DNA of 34,830 nucleotides, from positions 1 through 34,830 of the forward strand of contig JAACFD010000001.1 of assembly GCA_009937555.1 (NCBI GenBank), written 5' to 3'. The stretch comes from Chlamydiales bacterium. GTDB taxonomy: Bacteria > Chlamydiota > Chlamydiia > Chlamydiales > JAACFD01. The position numbers and the translations under genes are program-made. The notes beneath the pieces were generated by a model. That model was not told where the DNA came from, made no database searches, and was given only the letters and a program-made list of their open reading frames with translations. Below, piece by piece: positions 1 to 8,027 of this stretch. Numbering within the stretch: position 1 is the stretch's first letter; every line of letters starts with the position of its first letter.

Positions 1-1
1 T

Positions 2-574
2 GTAGATGGTATTAAAGAGAAACTACCAGAGCTTCCTCTTGAAAGAAAAAAACGCTATATCAAAGAACTAGAACTTACCCCTTATAACGCATCTATCTTA
101 ACTCAAGACAAAGAACTTTCTGACTATTTTGAGGAAGGTCTACAAATTACAAAAAATGCGCGTAATTTATGCAATTGGATTACCGTTGAGTTTGCCGGTC
201 GTATTAAAGATTCTGGAGACACACTACAAAGTTTAGGCATTCCTTCAAAGCATATTGCTGAGCTTGTTAACCTAATTGATTCTAATAAAATTAATGGTAA
301 GATTGCTAAAAAGGTAGCAGATGACATGCTAAACCAAGTGGGCACTTCTCCTGAAGCTATTGTTGCTGCTAACCCTGATTATCAACCTATTGATAACACT
401 GAAGAGGTTGAATCATTTGTTGACACCGTTATTAAACAGGAAGCGCAATCTGTTAGTGATTTTAAAGCTGGAAAAGCTAAAGCATTTGGCTACTTAGTTG
501 GCCAGGTGATGAAGCTTTCCAGAGGAAAAGCTCCTCCTGACTTAGTGAATAAGTTACTAAAGGAAAAACTATAG
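2..574 (+). CDS. gatB: Asp/Glu-tRNA(Asn/Gln) amidotransferase subunit B, C-terminal part (5' end outside window)
   Basis: Frame 2 is open from base 2: VDGIKEKLPELPLERKKRYIKELELTPYNASILTQDKELSDYFEEG...CNWITVEF...INGKIAKKVADDML...AFGYLVGQVMKLSRGKAPPDLVNKLLKEKL*. This matches the GatB/YqeY tail-domain pattern (LPELP..R, NW...E, G.I..KIAK.V, G.LVGQVMK...GKA.P..VN.LL). Track ORF 326..574 starts only at its last internal Met. Confidence 0.9.
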   Translation, partial: VDGIKEKLPELPLERKKRYIKELELTPYNASILTQDKELSDYFEEGLQITKNARNLCNWITVEFAGRIKDSGDTLQSLGIPSKHIAELVNLIDSNKINGKIAKKVADDMLNQVGTSPEAIVAANPDYQPIDNTEEVESFVDTVIKQEAQSVSDFKAGKAKAFGYLVGQVMKLSRGKAPPDLVNKLLKEKL

Positions 575-578
575 AGCT

Positions 579-612
579 AAAAAAAGCCGGAGTGTAAACA
601 CTCCGGCTTTTT
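579..612. terminator. Bidirectional rho-independent terminator between convergent gatB and bioY
   Basis: Perfect 9-bp stem gccggagtg (586-594) / cactccggc (599-607) with loop taaa. An A7 run lies on the left (579-585) and a T5 run on the right (608-612), so it reads as hairpin plus U-tract on both strands. Confidence 0.8.
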
Positions 613-633
613 CATAATGCTATTTAGCTAACG

Positions 634-1191
634 TTACCACTTTTTTTTGACAAAGCCATAAAGTCCTGCTGCAAATGCGCACTTAGCGACATCACCTAAA
701 ATAAAAGGTAGCACACCGCAAGCCAGTAAACTCTCATATGGAATAAAAAAGCTTAGACCTACAAGACCGCAGCTATATTGAATAAGCTGACAACAAACAG
801 CAATTAAAAATGCTGAAACAGCTTTAGTTGGTTTAAAGGTCTCAAAAAGATACCCTGCAGCATAAGCTTCTATTGCATAGCCTAAAATATAGCCGCCAGT
901 AGGGCCAAAAAAGTAAGCTAGGCTGATAGTAGAAGAAGCAAGTACTGGCAGCCCCATCATGCCTAAGGCTAAATATGAAATAACCCCGCTAAAAGCGCGC
1001 TTAGGGCCAAAAAGTACCCCACATAAAATAGGCCCCATAGGCCCTAGTGTTACAGGCACAGGAGTAAAAGGGAGGTTAAAATAAATCTTAGAAGCGCAAG
1101 TCATAATTGCTATTGAAAATACGATAGCTAACGCCCATGACTTTGCTTGAGAGTTTTCTTTGCTAATAGAAGAAATATAAGTTGAGGCCAT
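634..1191 (-). CDS. bioY: Biotin transporter BioY (S component type)
   Basis: 185-aa polytopic protein with the BioY-family core ...PVPVTLGPMGPILCGVLFGPKRAFSGVISYLALGMMGLPVLAS...FFGPTGGYILGYAIEAYAAGYL... Confidence 0.8.
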   Translation of the reverse strand: MASTYISSISKENSQAKSWALAIVFSIAIMTCASKIYFNLPFTPVPVTLGPMGPILCGVLFGPKRAFSGVISYLALGMMGLPVLASSTISLAYFFGPTGGYILGYAIEAYAAGYLFETFKPTKAVSAFLIAVCCQLIQYSCGLVGLSFFIPYESLLACGVLPFILGDVAKCAFAAGLYGFVKKKW

Positions 1192-1220
1192 AAAAATAGC
1201 TCCTTAAAGTGTTTATTGTA

Positions 1221-1496
1221 CTACCCTTCTTGTACATTCATAGTTATAGAATGCACAGGCATAGGCATTAGATCTTTAATAGTATTGAGTATAAGGCGCT
1301 GTCTTTGCAGCGGTGAAACAGACTTGAACTGCTTTGAGCTAATATTCAGTTTAAAATGCATGGCTCCGCGGTGCTGAGTTTTATGTCCCGCGTGCTCATA
1401 ACTTACATCGATTAGCTCTAATGAAGAAGGTTTAAAAGCTTCTTCTAATCTTTTTTCAATAATTTCCTTTACAGATACGATCATTGTCTGCTCCAC
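1221..1496 (-). CDS. BolA-family protein
   Basis: VSYEHAGHK....GAMHFKLNISSKQFKSVSPLQRQRLILNTIKDLM...VHSITMNV matches the BolA pattern (D.S..H.GH....SHF...IVS..F.G.S...RHR.V...L......HAL...T). The track start at 1496 is GTG; an ATG at 1484 (MIVSVKEII...) is an equally plausible start. Confidence 0.75.
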   Translation of the reverse strand: MEQTMIVSVKEIIEKRLEEAFKPSSLELIDVSYEHAGHKTQHRGAMHFKLNISSKQFKSVSPLQRQRLILNTIKDLMPMPVHSITMNVQEG

Positions 1497-1528
1497 ATAA
1501 ACAAGGGTTTAGGAAAATTAAACCCCTA

Positions 1529-2413
1529 TTATTTCCTAGGGTGGAATTTATTGAAAGAACTAGATACTTTTTTTGTGCTTATGTGAGTGTAGCGATCTGT
1601 AGTTGCAATATTTACATGTCCTAAAAGCTCTTGAATTAATCTAAGATCAGCTCCATTTTCTAGCAAATGAGTAGCAAATGAGTGGCGCAAAGTATGGGGG
1701 CTAACATTTTTTTGAATGCCTGCTTTTTTTGAGTATTTTTTTAACATCCCCCACACAAAAAAACGGTCTATTGGTTTTGAAGACTTAGCTAAAAAAACGT
1801 AATCTGAGTGAGTCTCCGACTCAAAACACTGTCTATGCTGGGCAAGGTAGTGATCAACTGCCTCTAGGGCTTTTGAACCTATTGGAACCATTCTCTCTTT
1901 ATCTCCCTTTCCCATAACCTTAACAAAGTCATCACCAATGTCATTAACTTTTAATCCACAAAGCTCCGAGACTCTTAAACCACAACCATATAACATCTCG
2001 ATAATAGCCTTATCTCTCGCTCCTTCAGCATTACTGGGACAAGTCTTTAAAAGCAGTTTAATTTCTTCTTCTGATAAATAATCAGGAACTTTTTGCCAAA
2101 TTTTACTACCCTGAAAGAACATTTCTAAATCGTCTTCTAAATAACTCTCTCTTTTTAAAAACCGAAAGAAAACTTTCAGTGCAACTAAGAAACGTGAATA
2201 TGAACTACTAGCAAATTGTTTTGACTTAAGCTCCATAAAATAGTCAGATAGCAGCACATCATCTACTAGTGTAATGTCTGAAACTCCTCTTGTATTTAAA
2301 AAATCAAAGAACTTCTGAATATCCCTTTGGTAAGCTTCTAAAGTGTTTTTAGAAACTCCTTTCTCAGACCTTAAATAAAGCATAAAATCATCTAAATATG
2401 CTGATAAACCCAC
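1529..2413 (-). CDS. xerD: Tyrosine site-specific recombinase XerD/XerC type
   Basis: N-terminal SAM-like domain LRSEKGVSKNTLEAYQRDIQKFFDFL. Catalytic signature GLRVSEL...KGDKERMVPIG...HTLRHSFATHLLENGADLRLIQELLGHVNIATTDRYTH (R..H-R-H..Y). GTG start at 2413. Confidence 0.9.
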   Translation of the reverse strand: MGLSAYLDDFMLYLRSEKGVSKNTLEAYQRDIQKFFDFLNTRGVSDITLVDDVLLSDYFMELKSKQFASSSYSRFLVALKVFFRFLKRESYLEDDLEMFFQGSKIWQKVPDYLSEEEIKLLLKTCPSNAEGARDKAIIEMLYGCGLRVSELCGLKVNDIGDDFVKVMGKGDKERMVPIGSKALEAVDHYLAQHRQCFESETHSDYVFLAKSSKPIDRFFVWGMLKKYSKKAGIQKNVSPHTLRHSFATHLLENGADLRLIQELLGHVNIATTDRYTHISTKKVSSSFNKFHPRK

Positions 2414-2491
2414 GCATAACCCTTTACAAGAAGTTTTTATTACATTATACCATCTGTAAGCAAGAAGTTAAACCCCTTAAAACTATTCTCT

Positions 2492-2851
2492 ATGTCTTTA
2501 TCAACTAGCCGCTATAAATCTCAAATCTTACCTACTGCCTCAACCAAGCAAACATTAACCAAACCTTCCCCTTGCTTAATAGATAAAGATATCTTATGTC
2601 CTTGCTGTAAAAAAACGCTCAGCTTTCATGAAAGCCCTAACTACTTTTTTTGTAAACAGTGTAGCTACAAGCGTAAGGATTTTTTCTGTCATGCTTGCAA
2701 CTGCTACCACCCCCCTAGATTTTTGCACGAGGAAAAGCAGAAATCTCAGCACATAAAAAATCAGCACGCTAAGACAAAATCAGAGCTACCCTTTATATTT
2801 ATCTACTTTTTTTTACTCTCTTTCATTCTAAACTTTTACTTTAAATACTAA
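2492..2851 (+). CDS. Hypothetical Cys-rich (zinc-ribbon-like) protein with C-terminal hydrophobic tail anchor
   Basis: 119-aa ORF divergent from xerD. S/T-rich N-terminus, then CPCC-x15-CKQC-x10-CHACNC, then a basic linker and a terminal segment LPFIFIYFFLLSFILNFYFKY. No family recognised. Confidence 0.4.
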   Translation: MSLSTSRYKSQILPTASTKQTLTKPSPCLIDKDILCPCCKKTLSFHESPNYFFCKQCSYKRKDFFCHACNCYHPPRFLHEEKQKSQHIKNQHAKTKSELPFIFIYFFLLSFILNFYFKY

Positions 2852-2926
2852 AGTTGGCATGTAAATTGCATAGGTATGTTTGTTGTACATATTAGACCAT
2901 AAAAAATAACAACAAAAGGGCCAGCT

Positions 2927-3034
2927 ATGAAGACTAAAAAAAATTTACCACGTTTAGCAAATACTACTCGCAGCAAAAACCCTCTTCGCAAAGGGAAGCG
3001 TTTATGCCCTGTACCAGTAAAGCGTAAAAAATAA
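2927..3034 (+). CDS. Candidate 35-aa hyperbasic micro-protein (below ORF-track cutoff)
   Basis: ATG at 2927 is preceded by AAGGG (2916-2920) with a 6-nt spacer. It translates to MKTKKNLPRLANTTRSKNPLRKGKRLCPVPVKRKK* (14 K/R, no D/E), with stop TAA at 3032-3034. It lies in an otherwise empty 257-nt gap. Confidence 0.25.
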   Translation: MKTKKNLPRLANTTRSKNPLRKGKRLCPVPVKRKK

Positions 3035-3039
3035 AAGGC

Positions 3040-3067
3040 TTGAAAAACTTTAAAAGTGATGTATAAG
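3040..3067 (+). promoter_or_regulatory. Candidate sigma-70/66-type promoter for the methyltransferase gene
   Basis: TTGAAA (3040-3045), a 16-nt spacer, then TATAAG (3062-3067). This sits about 40 nt upstream of the SD AAGGAG (3097-3102). Confidence 0.35.
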
Positions 3068-3108
3068 ATACATTTTCAAGCTATTTTTTAGGCAATAAGG
3101 AGAAAACA

Positions 3109-3795
3109 TTGGCGCTAAGTCTAGAGCAAAGAGAATTACTATATAGAGAGTCCTCCAAAAGACATTTTAGCAAAGACCCCCAAGCAGTGGACTTTGTCAA
3201 TAGGTATTTAAGTGAGGCTCAGGCTACCCAAAGCAATGCAGCTATTTTAGAAATTGCTATTAATGCTACTAGTATTGAAGGAATGCATCTAGAAGTTGGT
3301 GTTTACATGGGCAAAACACTTAATTACTTAGCCTCCCTAAAACCAGACTATTTCTTTCATGGATTTGATTCTTTTGAAGGTTTACCCGAAGATTGGGACC
3401 GGGGTGATAAGCACTCGCTTGACAAAGGAATGTTCTCCTTAGAAGATAAGACTAAACTACCTAAAATGTTAGCTAATGTGCAGCTACATGCCGGCTGGTT
3501 TAAAGATTCCCTACCTAAATTTAAAAAAGAGACGCTAAAAGATCAGCCCATATCTTTTTTACATATTGACTGTGACCTGTACTCTTCAACGAAGGATGTT
3601 TTTGAATACTTTGGAGAAAATATCCAGGCTGAAACAGTTATTCTCTTTGACGAGCTTTACAACTATCCTTCCTATAAAGAGCATGAATTCAAAGCTCTAC
3701 AAGAATTTTTAGCAGAGAGAAAACTATCTATTGAGTACATCGCTTATAATGAAAATAGCGAGCAAGTAGCAGGAATTATAAAGAAAAGCAGTTAA
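3109..3795 (+). CDS. Class I SAM-dependent methyltransferase, TylF/macrocin-O-methyltransferase-like
   Basis: TTG start at 3109, 6 nt after the strong SD AAGGAG. EGMHLEVGVYMGKTLNYLA (SAM-binding G-loop region) and ISFLHIDCDLYSSTKDVFEYF...VILFDELYNYP match the TylF-family pattern (LH.D.DLY.ST...L..L.....G..I.FDD). Confidence 0.65.
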   Translation: MALSLEQRELLYRESSKRHFSKDPQAVDFVNRYLSEAQATQSNAAILEIAINATSIEGMHLEVGVYMGKTLNYLASLKPDYFFHGFDSFEGLPEDWDRGDKHSLDKGMFSLEDKTKLPKMLANVQLHAGWFKDSLPKFKKETLKDQPISFLHIDCDLYSSTKDVFEYFGENIQAETVILFDELYNYPSYKEHEFKALQEFLAERKLSIEYIAYNENSEQVAGIIKKSS

Positions 3796-3998
3796 AACTC
3801 TTGCTCTTCCGTTAAGATATGAGCTTGTTCACCTAAGTCATCCGACTCTTGCAGCTCTCTTGAAATCACATACTTTTCTGTTAACCAGCTATGCAGCTCA
3901 GCATTTTGACAACGCTTAGAACAAAAAGGTCCTAGCTGAGCAACATTTTCCTGCTTAAATAATTTTCGACACTTGGGACAAATACTCTTATCAGCCAT
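3792..3998 (-). CDS. yacG: YacG-like zinc-finger DNA gyrase inhibitor with acidic C-terminal extension
   Basis: CPKCRKLF...GPFCSKRCQNAELHSWL matches the YacG signature CP.C.....PFCS.RC...DL..W. Its stop overlaps the stop of the convergent methyltransferase gene at the palindrome TTAA (3792-3795). Confidence 0.7.
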   Translation of the reverse strand: MADKSICPKCRKLFKQENVAQLGPFCSKRCQNAELHSWLTEKYVISRELQESDDLGEQAHILTEEQEF

Positions 3999-4007
3999 AA
4001 CTACACC

Positions 4008-4553
4008 CTACTTTGCCTCTTGCACAGTTTCTCCCCTAAGGGCTGTAGCTATTAGCTGCTGTACTTCATTTACTATCTGAGGATCAAGATCAGGACGTAT
4101 AAAAGTGAAGATCTCACCATTTTCTGGACGCTCAAAAATTAAAGAGACGCTACCATCTTTTTTAGATTGATGCTCTTTTTTTAGGAAAACCTGCTTTTGC
4201 CTCTGAAGAAAAAGAGTTAAAACATAAATTGTTTGCCTATCTTTTTCAGAAGGGTTTTCATCTGCTAACATTTTATGAAGTAAGGTAAAAGCACGTTCAA
4301 TTTTTGTTTTAGGTGTAAGGTCAATTTTTTCTTTTTTAGGAATAATAGAACTCCAGTAAATCCACTCTTCCTGAGCATCTTCTTCACGAAGCTGCTTTTC
4401 ATGCTCTGCAAAGAAGTCTTCTCTTAAGTACTCATTATTACCTTCTTTAATGCGTGAGACAATCTCATCATTGGCTTTAAAAGCTTCTTTAGAGATAGAG
4501 CACTCTTTAGCTCGGCGTGGAATTTTATAAAAAGTTAAGTTACTAAAAGTCAT
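4008..4553 (-). CDS. Hypothetical protein (181 aa), operonic between pgi and yacG
   Basis: Long ORF on the operon strand with 2-nt and 9-nt gaps to its neighbours. No motif recognised. Confidence 0.55.
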   Translation of the reverse strand: MTFSNLTFYKIPRRAKECSISKEAFKANDEIVSRIKEGNNEYLREDFFAEHEKQLREEDAQEEWIYWSSIIPKKEKIDLTPKTKIERAFTLLHKMLADENPSEKDRQTIYVLTLFLQRQKQVFLKKEHQSKKDGSVSLIFERPENGEIFTFIRPDLDPQIVNEVQQLIATALRGETVQEAK

Positions 4554-4555
4554 AA

Positions 4556-6118
4556 TTACCCAAGTATGTTGTTCAATATTTGTCCTAACACAAAATCTTT
4601 TTTATCACTCTTAAAATCTTGAATAAAACTTTGAGCGATGGTCTTACCTAGCTGAACTCCTTCCTGATCAAAGCTATTAATTCCCCAGAGTAAGCCCTCA
4701 AAAACCGTTTTACTTTCATAAAAAGCTAATAAAGAGCCCATTACAAAAGGAGTTAGTTTCTTAGCTAGTAAGATAGAGCTTGGTCTATTCCCAGAAAACT
4801 GCCGGTTAGGATTGTCTGGATTTTGCTGTCCTTTAGCAAGCCCTACAGACTGAGCGAATAAATTTGCAAGTAGCTTTTGCTGCGAGCTTGTCCCATTTAT
4901 TACTCTATCTTTGCCATACTGAGGCTCTGCAAAGGCAATAAAATCAACCGGGACAATAGCACTGCCTTGATGCAGTAGCTGAAAATATGAGTGCTGAGAA
5001 TTACATCCAATACCGCCCCATGAAACATAAGAGCTTTCATAGCTTAAACTATTACCTTCTTTGTCGACTCCTTTTCCATTTGATTCCATCACTAGCTGCT
5101 GAACATGATCTGGAAAGAATCTAAGAGCTGACGAATAAGGCACTACGCAATTGGTAGGAAAGGATAAAAAGTTGCGATTCCAGATAGAGATTAAAGCCGC
5201 GACTAGAGAGGCTACTTGCTCTTCTTTATCTTGCTCTAAAACATGGTTATCAAATGCTGAAGCGCCTTCAATAAATTCTCGATACACTTCTGAACCCAAA
5301 GCTAATGAAAGTGGTACTGCCCCCACCATAGAGGATACCGAAAAACGCCCTCCTACTCCATCTAGCATATAAAATCTTTCTAGAAAATCATCTCTATCCA
5401 GCGCACTATTTTCAGAAGTGATAGATAGCATGTGATCCTTTGCTTCAATTCCTTGCTGCTTCAAAAGCCCACGTACAATCTCTTCATTTGTACTTGTCTC
5501 AAGGGTGCTGCCTGATTTAGAAATAATGATAAATAGGCACTCGCTTAAATTTTCATCTTGCAATGATCCAAATAACTCATCAGGATCTAAGTTAGCTAAA
5601 AACTCTAAAGGTGTTTTAGTTTGGCTAAATGCTTTTAGTGCATGGTAAATTGCTTTAGCTCCAAGCTCTGAACCGCCGATGCCTACTACAAAAATCTTTG
5701 AAAATTTTGCTTCTTTTTTAAAGTTTTTTTCAAAGTCAATTAACTTCTGCCACTCTCTATCTACAAAGTTCCAGTATTTGTCATGCTTCCCAAAATTACG
5801 CTTAAGATCTCTTATAACCGTGTGTAGAACAGGCCTGTCTTCTGATTCATAGCCATAAATAGTATTAACAATTTCACCATTAGCTATTTGCTGGTTTTTT
5901 TCCAGCAGTTTAGCTTGGCGACTTAAGTCAAATAGCTTTGATAATACCTCAGCATTTAAACGTTGAGCAGGAAAAAAATAGGTAAAACCTGGAAAAGAAA
6001 CAGAATGCTTATCCCAAAAAGCTATGTCATCTAAAGCTGAGGCATTGATTTCAATAGTTCTATTAGATAAGTCACTTAACTGCTCATAAGCAGGGTATGT
6101 CGCTAAATCATGTTTCAT
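4556..6118 (-). CDS. pgi: Glucose-6-phosphate isomerase
   Basis: VGIGGSELGAKA, IIISKSGSTLET, GGRFSVSSMVG, VMESNGKGVDKEG, WGGIGCNSQHSYFQLLHQGS and NRPSSILLAKKLTPFVMGSLLAFYESKTVFEGLLWGINSFDQEGVQLGK are all canonical PGI blocks. The last block is nearly identical to chlamydial Pgi as I recall it. Confidence 0.95.
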   Translation of the reverse strand: MKHDLATYPAYEQLSDLSNRTIEINASALDDIAFWDKHSVSFPGFTYFFPAQRLNAEVLSKLFDLSRQAKLLEKNQQIANGEIVNTIYGYESEDRPVLHTVIRDLKRNFGKHDKYWNFVDREWQKLIDFEKNFKKEAKFSKIFVVGIGGSELGAKAIYHALKAFSQTKTPLEFLANLDPDELFGSLQDENLSECLFIIISKSGSTLETSTNEEIVRGLLKQQGIEAKDHMLSITSENSALDRDDFLERFYMLDGVGGRFSVSSMVGAVPLSLALGSEVYREFIEGASAFDNHVLEQDKEEQVASLVAALISIWNRNFLSFPTNCVVPYSSALRFFPDHVQQLVMESNGKGVDKEGNSLSYESSYVSWGGIGCNSQHSYFQLLHQGSAIVPVDFIAFAEPQYGKDRVINGTSSQQKLLANLFAQSVGLAKGQQNPDNPNRQFSGNRPSSILLAKKLTPFVMGSLLAFYESKTVFEGLLWGINSFDQEGVQLGKTIAQSFIQDFKSDKKDFVLGQILNNILG

Positions 6119-6126
6119 AACTTTCC

Positions 6127-7206
6127 TTAAACGTAGTGTACTTCTCCACCTGCAGCTTCGAAACCCATCAACTTTCTTTGCAGCTTTGGATTAAGGCTGT
6201 CGTTTATAACCCAAAGCTCATCTAGCCCTTCCCACTGCTCAATTAAAAACTTTTCTGAGATAACCCTAAAAGGTAAATCTTTTGCCTCTAACTTTGAGAA
6301 TAAATCTGATAAACTTCCAAGAGTAGCAAAACTAAAGCGCTGCTTTTCTGGAAGTAAAATACCGCGACTTTTATTCACTACTTTCTTAAAAAACAGCTGG
6401 TCATACCTTGTCTTAGTACAAGAATCCCATAGCATCGTCTTCAATACTTTGTTTAACTTAGGTGCATTTTGAGCAGCTAAATCAAAAAATTCAAAAGTAT
6501 CCGGAAGTGAAAAAGCAAGCTGCTCTTCTAAACTACTTTGAGAGGAAAAATCCTGCAGTACAAAAGTTAAAATATTTGCGGGAAAGCTTGGAAGCAACAT
6601 GTACATATAATTTACTGCTACATCTTGATAAAAAAGCTTTCGTTCAAAAATACCAGCTTCAATATGCTGCAGAGAGTCTAAACTAAGCTCATCAAAATCT
6701 TTGAAAGCTCTTGAAAATTGCTCATTAAGCTTTTCAATACTCTCAAATCGAGAAGATAACCATAGCTGCCACTGCTTTTGTAAATGATCACTATAACGAA
6801 TGGACTGGTAATCAAGTACTCTGCCTTTAAATAACGAAAGAGCAAAAGTACTCGCACTAAAGGGCTCTAAAACTTTTTCATTAAAGTGCTTACAAGCAAT
6901 CTCTAAGCTTAAGAATTGCGCTTCTTGATCTAGTGGGGCTGTTAAACGGTCAAATAACCCTAGATCTAACTCCCACCATAAAAACAACCCTTTCTCTTCA
7001 GCTTGCTTGGCTTGCTCAATCTGAGTATTGAAATTTAAGTCAGAGCTTAAGCTTAGGTCTAACTTAATCTTTACAACATTCACTGCATCTAAGTTTCCAT
7101 CCCATACTGGATAATCAACCACTAAGGGAGTAAACTCTTTCCCCTTAAATAAAAAACTTTCATAGTCACTACTAAGGGATAAATCTTCAATTGTCTCTAA
7201 ACTCAT
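6127..7206 (-). CDS. Hypothetical protein (359 aa), translationally coupled to trmB
   Basis: Long ORF whose ATG overlaps the trmB stop in an ATGA junction (7203-7206). No recognisable motif. Confidence 0.55.
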   Translation of the reverse strand: MSLETIEDLSLSSDYESFLFKGKEFTPLVVDYPVWDGNLDAVNVVKIKLDLSLSSDLNFNTQIEQAKQAEEKGLFLWWELDLGLFDRLTAPLDQEAQFLSLEIACKHFNEKVLEPFSASTFALSLFKGRVLDYQSIRYSDHLQKQWQLWLSSRFESIEKLNEQFSRAFKDFDELSLDSLQHIEAGIFERKLFYQDVAVNYMYMLLPSFPANILTFVLQDFSSQSSLEEQLAFSLPDTFEFFDLAAQNAPKLNKVLKTMLWDSCTKTRYDQLFFKKVVNKSRGILLPEKQRFSFATLGSLSDLFSKLEAKDLPFRVISEKFLIEQWEGLDELWVINDSLNPKLQRKLMGFEAAGGEVHYV

Positions 7207-7895
7207 ACTGCTACTCTCGCTTCATACAGGTAAATATCACGCCCTAAGCTGGTCCATAAATTTTTAAAATAAGAGTAGCCATACTCTTTAGGGTCTTTTA
7301 AATAAAAAGGAAGGGGTAGGGCATGTGAGAAAGCTTCTACTTTTGAAAAATACTCTATAGTCTCTTCAAGGTAAGGCTCTGAATCAGTTACAAAAACACA
7401 AGATCCATCCTTTTTTAAAAAGCGCGCCATGTCCTTTACAAAAGACTCTTGTATGATGCGATGCTTGATATGACGCTTCTTTGGCCAAGGGTCAGGAAAG
7501 TTGATATAGACCCCATCAATAGAACTTTCCTTGAAATATTTTTGAGCAACCAAACGTCCATCTCCACAAATAATCATCAGGTTATCTACCTTATCATTAT
7601 TCATTTTAGACCAAATCTTTTTCACTCTCTTAAACTGTATCTCTACTGCAACAAAATTGACCTCTGGGCAACTCTTAGCTTTCTCTAAAATCCAATCTCC
7701 ATTCCCTGAGCAAAATTCAACTAAAACAGGTCTATCGTTACCAAAAAATTCAGGACTATTAAAACCTGAGAACTTAAAAGACTCATAATCATCAAAGTAG
7801 GTAGGCACACACCAGATTTTATCCTTAAGAACTACATTCCGCTCATCAAATGTAAAAAATGGCTTTAAATCACTAGGTTTCATTAGCTTTAACAC
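7203..7895 (-). CDS. trmB: tRNA (guanine46-N7)-methyltransferase
   Basis: VLVEFCSGNGDWILEKAKSCPEVNFVAVEI...VYINFPDPWPKKRHIKHRI is the TrmB signature (E.G.G.G......A...P...F.G.E; FPDPW.K.RH.KRR). The track start at 7895 is GTG; an ATG at 7883 (MKPSDL...) is the alternative. Confidence 0.9.
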   Translation of the reverse strand: MLKLMKPSDLKPFFTFDERNVVLKDKIWCVPTYFDDYESFKFSGFNSPEFFGNDRPVLVEFCSGNGDWILEKAKSCPEVNFVAVEIQFKRVKKIWSKMNNDKVDNLMIICGDGRLVAQKYFKESSIDGVYINFPDPWPKKRHIKHRIIQESFVKDMARFLKKDGSCVFVTDSEPYLEETIEYFSKVEAFSHALPLPFYLKDPKEYGYSYFKNLWTSLGRDIYLYEARVAV

Positions 7896-8027
7896 TTCTT
7901 TTTATTTAAAATTAAAGAAGTATTATAGAAGAGTTTTGCTTAAAAGCCAATGACCTTTGAACAAATTCATTAAAACTTTTTTTTAAAAAAATCTACTCCT
8001 GCACAAGAAAAAAGTCTTCACAGCAAA

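Noticed and set aside
1529-2413. Tyrosine recombinase as a marker of an integrated mobile element or genomic island.
   Set aside because: It has the full XerC/XerD-type N- and C-domains and sits among housekeeping genes (bolA, bioY, gatB). I see no flanking direct repeats, tRNA target, phage or transposase genes.
2427-2469. 9-mer CAAGAAGTT repeated 34 bp apart in the xerD / Cys-rich-ORF divergent region.
   Set aside because: It is a short purine-rich word in AT-rich DNA with no symmetry or helical phasing. It is compatible with chance.
7894-7921. AT-rich hairpin acttcttt / aaagaagt as a terminator for AAA+ paralog 1.
   Set aside because: The stem has only two G:C pairs and a 12-nt loop, with no clear U-tract on the minus strand. 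It also overlaps the trmB start region, so it is most likely fortuitous in AT-rich DNA.
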